A stretch of DNA of 64,000 nucleotides from Acidobacteriota bacterium (GTDB lineage: Bacteria; Acidobacteriota; CAIWXX01), in the NCBI GenBank assembly GCA_040755995.1, contig JBFMAF010000023.1, positions 96,001 to 160,000 of the forward strand, in the 5' to 3' direction. A program made the position numbers and the translations under genes. Shown one piece after another: positions 28,766-36,767 of this stretch. The first letter of the stretch is position 1; each line of letters starts with the position of its first letter. The notes beneath the pieces are model-generated. The model saw only the letters and a list, made by a program, of their open reading frames with translations, did no database searches and was not told where the DNA came from.

Positions 28766-29551
28766 CTATCGTTCAAGATCGAAGCTATGCACAACCACCC
28801 AACCGCGGCGTCCCGCCTCCTCCTCCGTCCCGGGCATGGCCATGTGGGTGACCAGCACGACCACGGCATCCGCCGTCCCCCAGTGCGATCGCGTCCGCGC
28901 CACCAACCGCTCAACCCCACTGAAATGCTTGCTCGCCGAGAGCTGCGTCTTTGCCTCCCCCAAGAGCCGCACCTTGCCGCCGTCCGCTCTCTCCGCAAGG
29001 CCCCAGAGGTTCACCTGCAGCGGTCGAGGGCCATTGCCCAGCCACACCCGCCGCAACGGCTCGACCACCTTGAGGCCAAGCCGCTGGGCAAGGAAAGCGG
29101 GCAAGGTGCGGTAGGCCAGGTTCTCGAGTCCGTATCCCACGGAATGGGACAGACCACCAAGCTCCTCCCGCATCTCCTTCATCTCCCCAACAAGCCCACG
29201 CATCGCCTCAGCAAGTTCCTCGACTCGCTTCTCTGTCCGTGCCTGCGCCTCAGCAAGCTCCTCAACTCGCCTCTCAGTCCGTGCCTGCGCCTCAGCAAGC
29301 TCCTCAACTCGCCTCTCAGTCCGTGCCTGCGCCTCGGCAAGCTCCGCTACAATGGCGCGCAACTGCACCTGACCCTCGGCAAGGTCAGCCACGACCGCTT
29401 TGAGCTCTCTGAACTCCGCCTTGGTCACCTGGTCAGCGAGCTCATCGTGCAGCTCCGCAAACGCCCTCATGAGCAGCCCCCTCGCCTTTGCGTCAAGCTG
29501 CGCCTCGGGAAGCTCCGCCAGCTCAGTCAATGTTCGCGCAAGGCTTGGCAT
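28766..29551 (-). CDS. Coiled-coil repeat protein with C-terminal PD-(D/E)XK-like domain
   Basis: VEELAEAQARTERR repeats (42-bp tandem DNA repeat at ~29205-29345); VGYGLE, QVNLWG, LLGEAK. Confidence 0.7.
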   Translation of the reverse strand: MPSLARTLTELAELPEAQLDAKARGLLMRAFAELHDELADQVTKAEFRELKAVVADLAEGQVQLRAIVAELAEAQARTERRVEELAEAQARTERRVEELAEAQARTEKRVEELAEAMRGLVGEMKEMREELGGLSHSVGYGLENLAYRTLPAFLAQRLGLKVVEPLRRVWLGNGPRPLQVNLWGLAERADGGKVRLLGEAKTQLSASKHFSGVERLVARTRSHWGTADAVVVLVTHMAMPGTEEEAGRRGWVVVHSFDLER

Positions 29552-29582
29552 AGACTCCTCTCATCACGAATGATAGCATCTG

Positions 29583-30281
29583 TCAGCGCCTATCGCTACA
29601 TCCCGGAGCGATTCGCGTCGAGATCCGTCCGGCGTCTTCCATTATCTCGTCGTGATAGCGCGTGCCCACCCTGAGGTTCTCGGGCAGCGGGGCCTCCTCG
29701 TCCAGGTCGAGGCAGCTGAGGCAGCCCGGCGACCGCTCCTTATATCGGAGGCCGGTCTCGGGACAGGTGTAGACGCCCTCGCCGTCCGGGTCGCGCAACG
29801 GCAGGCCGTGGCGGCTGACCCATCCCGACTGGCGGGCAGGCACCCCGACCAGGAGAGCGTAGTCAGGTGCGTCCTTCACCACCACTGCGCCTGCGCCGAT
29901 CAGGGCGTACCGCCCGATCGTGATTCCGCAGACGATCGTGGCGTTGGCCCCGATCGAACAGCCGCGGCGCAGCTGCGTCTTCTCGTAGAGGCTGTGCCGG
30001 TTCACTTGCGAGCGGGGATTGGTGACGTTGGTCAGGACGCACGACGGCCCGAGGAAAACGTCGTCCTCGATCACAGTACCCGTGTAGATCGAGACGTTGT
30101 TCTGCACCTTCACGTTGTTGCCTATGATCACGTCATTGGCTACGTTGCAGTTCTGACCGAAGATGCAGTTGCGGCCGATCCGGGCGCCCTTCTGGATGTG
30201 ACAGAAGTGCCAGATCTTGGTGCCGTCCCCGATCTCGCACGGCTCGTCCACATAAGCCGACTCGTGCTTGAAGTAGCTCAT
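29583..30281 (-). CDS. Hexapeptide-repeat N-acetyltransferase, WbpD/WlbB type
   Basis: HESAYVD, KIWHFCH, KVQNNVSIY, GPSCVLTNV-NPRS, GVPARQ. Confidence 0.9.
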   Translation of the reverse strand: MSYFKHESAYVDEPCEIGDGTKIWHFCHIQKGARIGRNCIFGQNCNVANDVIIGNNVKVQNNVSIYTGTVIEDDVFLGPSCVLTNVTNPRSQVNRHSLYEKTQLRRGCSIGANATIVCGITIGRYALIGAGAVVVKDAPDYALLVGVPARQSGWVSRHGLPLRDPDGEGVYTCPETGLRYKERSPGCLSCLDLDEEAPLPENLRVGTRYHDEIMEDAGRISTRIAPGCSDRR

Positions 30282-30302
30282 TCAGCTCTCATTCTCGCAG
30301 GG

Positions 30303-30376
30303 AGCCCACGTCTTCCGTCTAACGTTTTCCGTCTTCCGTCCGACGTCCCCGGGCACACTCCGTCCCCGTCACGTTC
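30303..30376. repeat. Half hairpin J: reverse heptamer arm plus 28-bp motif
   Basis: AGCCCAC, GTCTTCC GTCTAAC GTTTTCC GTCTTCC GTCCGAC, motif at 30349-30376 identical to 27875-27902. Confidence 0.85.
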
Positions 30377-30423
30377 CAGGCAGCTGATGTGCCGCCGCCT
30401 GGAATTCTACTTTCGTCGTACTT

Positions 30424-30452
30424 ATCTTAGGGGCACGCGGTCACAGGGTCAA
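30424..30452 (-). promoter_or_regulatory. Sigma70-like promoter between repeat arrays
   Basis: TTGACC-17bp-TAAGAT on the minus strand. Confidence 0.5.
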
Positions 30453-30475
30453 CACCCCGTCTTCCGTCTTCCGTC

Positions 30476-31798
30476 TCACGCCCTGACCACAACCGGGCCG
30501 CCTTCGCGCTTCGGCAGCAGGTTGCGTGTGTCGACGACGAGCGAGACATTGCGGTAGAGCTCCGCATCGCGGAACTTGCGGTGGGCGGTGGAAACGACGA
30601 CGGCGTCGTACCGGGCGAACTCCTCGGGGGTGCACGGGACCGATTGCGTGCCCAGGTCGTGGTGGCGCCCTTTGCGGGCGACCGGGATGTATGGGTCGCA
30701 GTAGCTGACGGCTGCGCCCTTCTCCTGCAGCAGCTCGATGATCTCGAACGACGGCGACTCGCGGTCGTCGTCGATGTCGGCTTTGTAAGAGAGACCGAGC
30801 ACCAACACCCTGGCTCCGCGGATGCTGGTACCCCGCGCGTTCAGCGCATCCACGGTCTTCTCCACTACGTACCTCGGCATCGACGTGTTGATCTCGCCGG
30901 CGAGCTCGATGAAGCGTGCCCACACCCCGTGCTCCGCAGCCTTCCACGCGAGATAGAACGGGTCGAGCGGAATGCAGTGCCCGCCAAGCCCCGGTCCCGG
31001 ATAAAACGGCATGAAGCCGAACGGCTTCGTCTTCGATGCCTCGATCACTTCCCAGATGTCAATCTTCATCCGGTCGAAAATCACCTTCAGCTCGTTGACA
31101 AGCGCGATGTTGACACCGCGGAATATGTTCTCCAGAAGCTTCGACGATTCGGCGACCTCAGGCGACGAGACCCGCACGACCCTGTCGACCGCTGCCGAGT
31201 ACAGAGAAACCGCCAGCTCGGTCGACGCCTCATCCATCCCGCCCACCACCTTCGGGATCGTCCTGGTCGTGAACCTTTCGTTCCCCGGGTCTTCGCGTTC
31301 CGGAGAGAAGGCAAGGAAAAAGTGCTGCCCGCACTTGAGGCCCGCGGCCTCGAACCGCGGCAGCAGCTCCTCACGCGTAGTCCCGGGGTAGGTTGTGGAC
31401 TCCAATACCACAAGCTGGCCCGGCCGCAGCCGGCGCGCGATTTCATCAGCCGTGCTGCGGATGTACGACAGATCGGGCTCGCGGTGCACGCCGAGCGGTG
31501 TCGGAACGCAGATCAGAATCGCATCGCATCCTGCCAGGCGATTGAAGTCGACCGTCGCCGAGAGCCGGCCGTTCCTCACGGCCGCCGCCACCCGAGCGCC
31601 GTCGATGTGCCTGATGTAGCACTCGCCGCGGGCCAGCTTCTCCACCTTGGCCGGATCCACGTCGAATCCCAGTACCGGGAAGCCGGCCCCTTCGAAAACC
31701 AGCCCGAGAGGCAGCCCCACGTAGCCCAACCCGACGATCCCCACGAGTGCCTCGCGATCCTGGATCTTTCGTAGAAGCTCGTCGCTGATCTCAGCCAT
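30476..31798 (-). CDS. Nucleotide-sugar 6-dehydrogenase (WbpA/WecC type)
   Basis: GLGYVGLP, CVPTP, LESTTYPG, SPEREDPG, GPGLGGHCIPLDP. Confidence 0.93.
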   Translation of the reverse strand: MAEISDELLRKIQDREALVGIVGLGYVGLPLGLVFEGAGFPVLGFDVDPAKVEKLARGECYIRHIDGARVAAAVRNGRLSATVDFNRLAGCDAILICVPTPLGVHREPDLSYIRSTADEIARRLRPGQLVVLESTTYPGTTREELLPRFEAAGLKCGQHFFLAFSPEREDPGNERFTTRTIPKVVGGMDEASTELAVSLYSAAVDRVVRVSSPEVAESSKLLENIFRGVNIALVNELKVIFDRMKIDIWEVIEASKTKPFGFMPFYPGPGLGGHCIPLDPFYLAWKAAEHGVWARFIELAGEINTSMPRYVVEKTVDALNARGTSIRGARVLVLGLSYKADIDDDRESPSFEIIELLQEKGAAVSYCDPYIPVARKGRHHDLGTQSVPCTPEEFARYDAVVVSTAHRKFRDAELYRNVSLVVDTRNLLPKREGGPVVVRA

Positions 31799-31810
31799 CG
31801 TGACTCCCCA

Positions 31811-31934
31811 GAAGTTAGACGTTAGACGGAAGACGTGAGACGCGCGCTGCACCGGACGGGAGACGTGAGCCGTTAGACCGAAGACGCACCCGGCTGCTTC
31901 CTGAAGCCCCTTCGTCTTCCGTCTTCCGTCTCCC
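31811..31934. repeat. Heptamer arrays L in the divergent intergenic region
   Basis: GAAGTTA GACGTTA GACGGAA GACGTGA; GACGGGA GACGTGA GCCGTTA GACCGAA; reverse GTCTTCC GTCTTCC GTCTCCC. Confidence 0.85.
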
Positions 31935-31992
31935 CTGTCGAGTATACTACAAATGTCGCTTGCACCGGGCTCCCCGTTCTGTTAACAGTATC

Positions 31993-33993
31993 ATGCGGGA
32001 CGAGGACAAGCGCGAGATGGAACAGTTCAGCATCCGCAACCGGCATTTCCTGATCCTGGACCTGTTGCTCCTCTCATTCACCCCGGCGCTCGCCCTCGGT
32101 CTCCGTGTCGACCCCGCCGTCTACCACAGCTACACAGAGGCGCTCGTTCTATTCACCATCGCGACCTATTTCGTCAAGTTTCCCATCTTCCACGTCATGG
32201 ACCTCTACCGCCGCTACTGGCGGTACGCCAGCGTGAGCGACGCTACAAGCATTGCGCTGGCCGTGGGCATCGCCACGGTCCTCGACGCGGGCATTCATGC
32301 GGCCGGGCAGCTCATGGGCTTCCCGCCCGCGCGCGCCCTGCCGCGCTCCGTGCCGTTGATCGACGGCCTGCTGACGCTTGTCGTAGTCGGTGGAACGCGA
32401 TTCGCCCTTCGGGCGATCGCGCTGCGGCAGTCTGCGGAATCAGGCGATCGCCGCCGCAGGCGCGTGCTCATCGCCGGCGCGGGCAACGCCGGAGCGCTGG
32501 TGGCCCGCGACATGCTCACCGGCCACCACCGCGACTTCGAGCCGGTCGCGTTCGTCGATGACGATCGCGAGAAGCTCGGGGTGCGCATCCACGATCTGCC
32601 CGTGGCCGGCTCGCTGAAGCAGATCCCCGAGGTGGTCGAACGGTACGCGGCAGACGAGGTCATCATCGCCATGCCCTCGGCCGCAGGCAAGACGATCCGA
32701 GAGACCGTGAGGGCATGCGAATCTGCCGGAGTCCCCTGCAAGACCCTGCCGGGCATCCATCAGCTCGTCTCGGGCCGCGCGATAGCTACGCGGCTGCGCA
32801 GCGTCAACATCGAGGACCTGTTGCGCCGGGAAACGATGAACGTCGATCTGGGCGAAGTGGAGAGCATGGTGCGAGACCGCAGGGTGCTGGTCACGGGCGC
32901 GGGTGGATCGATCGGCTCCGAGCTGTGCCGGCAGATCACGCGATTCAGCCCGGCGCAGCTCACGCTGCTCGGCCACGGCGAGAACAGCCTGTTCATGCTG
33001 TCGAATGAGCTGCAGCACATGAAGGACCTCCCCTCACAGCGCAACAGCGACCGGCTGCTCATCACCGTGGGTGACGTCCGCGACCGCCCGCGCATCGAGA
33101 CGATCTTCCGGCGCACCCAACCGCAGATCGTCTTCCACGCCGCCGCCCACAAACACGTACCGATGATGGAGGACAACGTCGAGAGTGCCGTGACGAACAA
33201 CGTCGTCGGGACGCGGAACGTGGCGGAGCTGTCGGAGGCGTTCGAGGTGGAGCGCTTCGTCCTGATCTCGACCGATAAGGCCGTCAACCCGAGCAGCGCT
33301 ATGGGCGCAACCAAGCGAGTCGCGGAGATGATCGTGGCGGAAGTCGCCCGGAGGAGCTCCCGGCCATACGTAGCCGTGCGTTTCGGCAACGTGCTGGGCA
33401 GCCGCGGCTCCGTCGTGCCCCTCTTCACACAACAGATCGCCGCAGGCGGCCCGGTGACGGTGACACACCCCGAGGTCCGCCGCTATTTCATGACAATCCC
33501 CGAAGCCGTCCAGCTCGTGCTCCAGGCCGCCGCCATGAGCCGCAACGGCGAAGTGTACGTGCTCGACATGGGCGAACCCATGAAGATCGTGGACCTCGCG
33601 CGAGATATGATCGAACTGTCCGGACTCTCCGTCGAGCGCGATATCGACATCGTCTACAGCGGCCTGCGGCCGGGAGAGAAACTCTTCGAGGATCTGTTTC
33701 TCGACCAGGAGGAATTCCAGCGCACCCGACACTCCCAGATCCTCCAGTGCCGAAACGGAAAGGCCCTGCCCGAACACATCGGTACGCCGGCAGCTCTCTT
33801 CCAACACGTCGAGGCTCTGCACGACGCCGCCAGGCGCGGGGAGCCGGACGAGGTGCGCCGGCTCTTGCGGACTATCGTGCCGGAATACACGCCGGCGGGG
33901 GAGACGGAAGACGGGAGACGGAAGACGGGAGAAGAGAAACGAGAGATGGAAGACGCGGGGAAACGGAGAACCGGGGAATCGGAGAATCGGTGA
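31993..33993 (+). CDS. Membrane-bound nucleoside-diphosphate sugar 4,6-dehydratase (CapD/WbpM/PglF family)
   Basis: N-terminal TM helices, VTGAGGSIGSELCRQ, HAAAHKHVP, STDKAVNP, RFGNVLGSRGSV; last ~30 codons are repeat DNA; start uncertain (31993 or 32017). Confidence 0.93.
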   Translation: MRDEDKREMEQFSIRNRHFLILDLLLLSFTPALALGLRVDPAVYHSYTEALVLFTIATYFVKFPIFHVMDLYRRYWRYASVSDATSIALAVGIATVLDAGIHAAGQLMGFPPARALPRSVPLIDGLLTLVVVGGTRFALRAIALRQSAESGDRRRRRVLIAGAGNAGALVARDMLTGHHRDFEPVAFVDDDREKLGVRIHDLPVAGSLKQIPEVVERYAADEVIIAMPSAAGKTIRETVRACESAGVPCKTLPGIHQLVSGRAIATRLRSVNIEDLLRRETMNVDLGEVESMVRDRRVLVTGAGGSIGSELCRQITRFSPAQLTLLGHGENSLFMLSNELQHMKDLPSQRNSDRLLITVGDVRDRPRIETIFRRTQPQIVFHAAAHKHVPMMEDNVESAVTNNVVGTRNVAELSEAFEVERFVLISTDKAVNPSSAMGATKRVAEMIVAEVARRSSRPYVAVRFGNVLGSRGSVVPLFTQQIAAGGPVTVTHPEVRRYFMTIPEAVQLVLQAAAMSRNGEVYVLDMGEPMKIVDLARDMIELSGLSVERDIDIVYSGLRPGEKLFEDLFLDQEEFQRTRHSQILQCRNGKALPEHIGTPAALFQHVEALHDAARRGEPDEVRRLLRTIVPEYTPAGETEDGRRKTGEEKREMEDAGKRRTGESENR

Positions 33994-34043
33994 ACCGGAG
34001 ACGGAGGACGGAAGACGGGAGACGCGGGGAATCGGAGAAGCGG
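33903..34043. repeat. Mixed heptamer (GACGGAA) and octamer (CGGAGAAT-like) tandem array M
   Basis: GACGGAA GACGGGA x2; CGGGGAAA CGGAGAAC CGGGGAAT CGGAGAAT CGGTGAAC; reverse-orientation octamers at ~35953-35985. Confidence 0.85.
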
Positions 34044-34050
34044 GCGCTAA

Positions 34051-35856
34051 TTGTGCAGTGATTTGAAACGCGTCGCACGGGGCGTCTTGCTGCTGTTTGG
34101 CCTTGCCACGTGCCCGCTGCATGCGCAGCCGACATCGCCCAATCTGGTGGCCAATCCGGGATTCGAGACTGACATCTTCTCGGCCGGGAGCGGCTGGACG
34201 TTCACGGAAGGCCCAGTACCGATCTGGGACAGGCAGGCGCACGACGGCCAACACTCGCTATTCATCTCCGCCGCCTATTCGGCCGGCAGGCCCGTCTCGC
34301 AACGAATCGACGGCATCCGCATGGAAGCGCCTTACCTTTTCACGTGCTGGATTGCCCGGAGTGTCGTGAACGAGGGCAACTACGCCTCGTTCAGACTTCT
34401 GGGACATCCGGTGCGCGCCGACGATGTCTGGGCCAGAGACAGGTGGCAGAAGTTCACGTACCTGGTGCCCAGGGCAGTCGACTCGGAGATTCGGATCGAA
34501 GTCGAGGATGCAGAGCAAGGCGGGTATCACTTCGACGACATCTCGCTCACCGAGATCACGCTTGCCGATCTGAGCCCCGCCGACGGTGCGGAAGTGGACG
34601 CCCCGCGCTTCGCTTGGCTCGTGGACGCAGGCGACCGCGTCGTGCGATTCGAGCTGGAGATCTCAGAGTCGCAGGGATTCGAACGGCGGACCAGCGAGGC
34701 GTTGCTGAGCGCACAGGGTCCACCGTACGAACCAGCCGCACCCCTGCGCGCCGGCAGCTACTACTGGCGCTTCCGCGCATTTCACGGGAAAGAAGAGATC
34801 GCGGTCTCGGGCCTCAGGCGCTTCCGCCTCACTCGGGATTGGGAGGGCAAACCGGGGGCGCCCCCGCAACCGCCCCGGACGATCCCGATCGGGATCTTCG
34901 CGTCCTCGATCGAAGTGCAGCAGCTCGCCCACACCCCGATCAAGTGGGTCGTAACGTCAGCCTCTTCGCGCGTCCCCACGGAGACCCTGTTCAAGAACGC
35001 AAAGGCGGCCGGCCTCCGGCTGGTCCTCTCGAATCACGGTACAGTCTCTGAGATCGACGCTGCTCCGAAACTCGCGGCCCGCCACCCAGAGCTTGCCGGC
35101 TGGTACATCGCCGACGAGCCCGAAGGGCGCGCAACGCCGCCGATCGATCTCGTCCGGCGGTTCCTGGCAATCAAGAGCGCCACGCCGCAACTGCCCGCAG
35201 CCATCGCCCTGCTCCGCCCCTGGCGCGCCGCCGACTATGCAGTTGCCGCGGATGCCATCATGGCTGACCCGTATCCGGTCCCCCATCTGCCGATCGCCCT
35301 GCTCGGCCAGTCGATCGACACCGCGCGCGCCAGCAGCGGCACGGAGAAACCGATCTGGGCGGTGATCCAGGCGTTCAACTGGAGCGACATCTACGAAGGC
35401 CCCGACCCGTCGATCAGGGGCCGCGCGCCGACCGAGCCCGAGCTGCGCGCGCTCGCGTACAGCGCGCTCGTTCACGGCGCTCGAGGAATCTTCTTCTACA
35501 ACCTGTCGACAGCCCGACGGTGCGGTGTGTGGGACGACGTCAAGCGTGTGGCGGAAAAACTCACAGCTGACCTTCCGCTCTTCGAGACCGCTATCCGCCT
35601 GCCCGACCGCCCGCTGTGGTGCGACGACGGCGACGGCCTCGGCGGTCCCGCAATCCACTCGGCTTCATTCGACCTGCGCCTGTCTTGTGGAAAGGCCTGG
35701 CCCGCAGGACGCTACGTCGTCGCCGTGAACACAACCGGCCTGCCGGCCCGCGCATCCGATCGCCCGCAGCCGATCACGAGCGACGGCCCCGCGCCGCGGA
35801 CCACATTCGGTCCATTCGAGATCAGGATCATCAGAGAGACGGGACCCGGGCGTTAG
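34051..35856 (+). CDS. Secreted hypothetical protein: CBM-like N-terminus plus glycoside-hydrolase-like barrel
   Basis: Signal-peptide-like start, NLVANPGFE, WYIADEP, DPYPVP, WAVIQAF, HGARGIFFY. Confidence 0.55.
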   Translation: MCSDLKRVARGVLLLFGLATCPLHAQPTSPNLVANPGFETDIFSAGSGWTFTEGPVPIWDRQAHDGQHSLFISAAYSAGRPVSQRIDGIRMEAPYLFTCWIARSVVNEGNYASFRLLGHPVRADDVWARDRWQKFTYLVPRAVDSEIRIEVEDAEQGGYHFDDISLTEITLADLSPADGAEVDAPRFAWLVDAGDRVVRFELEISESQGFERRTSEALLSAQGPPYEPAAPLRAGSYYWRFRAFHGKEEIAVSGLRRFRLTRDWEGKPGAPPQPPRTIPIGIFASSIEVQQLAHTPIKWVVTSASSRVPTETLFKNAKAAGLRLVLSNHGTVSEIDAAPKLAARHPELAGWYIADEPEGRATPPIDLVRRFLAIKSATPQLPAAIALLRPWRAADYAVAADAIMADPYPVPHLPIALLGQSIDTARASSGTEKPIWAVIQAFNWSDIYEGPDPSIRGRAPTEPELRALAYSALVHGARGIFFYNLSTARRCGVWDDVKRVAEKLTADLPLFETAIRLPDRPLWCDDGDGLGGPAIHSASFDLRLSCGKAWPAGRYVVAVNTTGLPARASDRPQPITSDGPAPRTTFGPFEIRIIRETGPGR

Positions 35857-35874
35857 AAGCAGGGTGACACGGTG

Positions 35875-35903
35875 TTGACGAACCCCCCCGCTGATTCTAT
35901 ATT
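35875..35903 (+). promoter_or_regulatory. Sigma70-like promoter
   Basis: TTGACG-17bp-TATATT upstream of the zinc-ribbon gene. Confidence 0.55.
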
Positions 35904-36027
35904 CACGGCATGATGTGGCGGATGGCCGGCGTCGTGCATACCTCTCTCTCTCCGGTTCTCCGATTCCCCGTTTCTGCCCGATTCCGCGCCACCGCGTTTC
36001 CATACGCAGGCCGATCAGGAGGATACC

Positions 36028-36546
36028 ATGCCGATCTTTGAATACCTCTGCACCCCGTGCAATCGCATCTATAGCTTCCTTTCGATGACTGCGAGCCCGG
36101 CGCGGCAGCCCACCTGCCCGCGGTGCGGGGCCACCGAGCTCGAACGCGTCCCATCTGTTTTCGCCGTGCGTTCCTCGAAGAAGAGCGAGACGAAGGGAAA
36201 GGATGAGGAGGCGGGCAGGACGCAGCCCGAGGGCGGCGCAGAAGGCGGCGGCCCGGATGAGGCCGCCATGGGGCGGCTCGAACACGAGGCCATGCAGATG
36301 ATGGACGGGCTCGACGAGAAAGACGCCGAGGACCCGCGAGTCATGGCCCGCATGATGCGGCGCCTGGCCGAGGCCTCCGGCGAGAAGATCACGCCCGGGA
36401 TGAACGAGATGTTCCGCCGGATGGAAGCGGGCGAAGACCCCGAAGCGCTCGAAGAGGAGCTCGGCCCGCAGCTCGAAGAGGAGATGGGAGAGGCAGGCGG
36501 AGGCGCCGGAATGCCCACGAGGGACGAAGGGCTGTACGATATGTAG
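36028..36546 (+). CDS. FmdB-family zinc ribbon protein
   Basis: MPIFEYLCTPC...CPRCG; AGGAGG SD. Confidence 0.85.
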   Translation: MPIFEYLCTPCNRIYSFLSMTASPARQPTCPRCGATELERVPSVFAVRSSKKSETKGKDEEAGRTQPEGGAEGGGPDEAAMGRLEHEAMQMMDGLDEKDAEDPRVMARMMRRLAEASGEKITPGMNEMFRRMEAGEDPEALEEELGPQLEEEMGEAGGGAGMPTRDEGLYDM

Positions 36547-36547
36547 G

Positions 36548-36629
36548 TTTCAGATCTCAGATTTCAGATTGGGCGGTCGGCGTATCCGCCCGGCCACATC
36601 GCATGCCACCAGATCTGAGATCTGCAATC
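36548..36629. repeat. Left direct repeat with TTTCAGA/TCTGCAA heptamer arms
   Basis: Shares the 25-bp core CGGCGTATCCGCCCGGCCACATCGC (36578-36602) with 37965-37989. Confidence 0.9.
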
Positions 36630-36731
36630 CGTGGAGTCGGCCCCCGGACAGGATCGCAAGCCACTAGGTCCAAAATCTGAACCCCCGCTGGAATCTTGCA
36701 CTTGTAGCCGGGACAGGGTGCGAACCACGAC

Positions 36732-36759
36732 TTGACAACCTCGTGTTTTGGGATATAAT
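36732..36759 (+). promoter_or_regulatory. Consensus sigma70 promoter, probably giving a leaderless transcript
   Basis: TTGACA-16bp-TATAAT; ATG 8 nt downstream; no SD. Confidence 0.7.
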
Positions 36760-36767
36760 GGCCGAAA

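Noticed and set aside
24242..31934. CRISPR array or classical integron
   Set aside because: Repeats vary in length, are made of degenerate heptamers and have irregular 70-1600 bp spacing; no cas genes, no consistent RYYYAAC/GTTRRRY attC ends and no adjacent IntI
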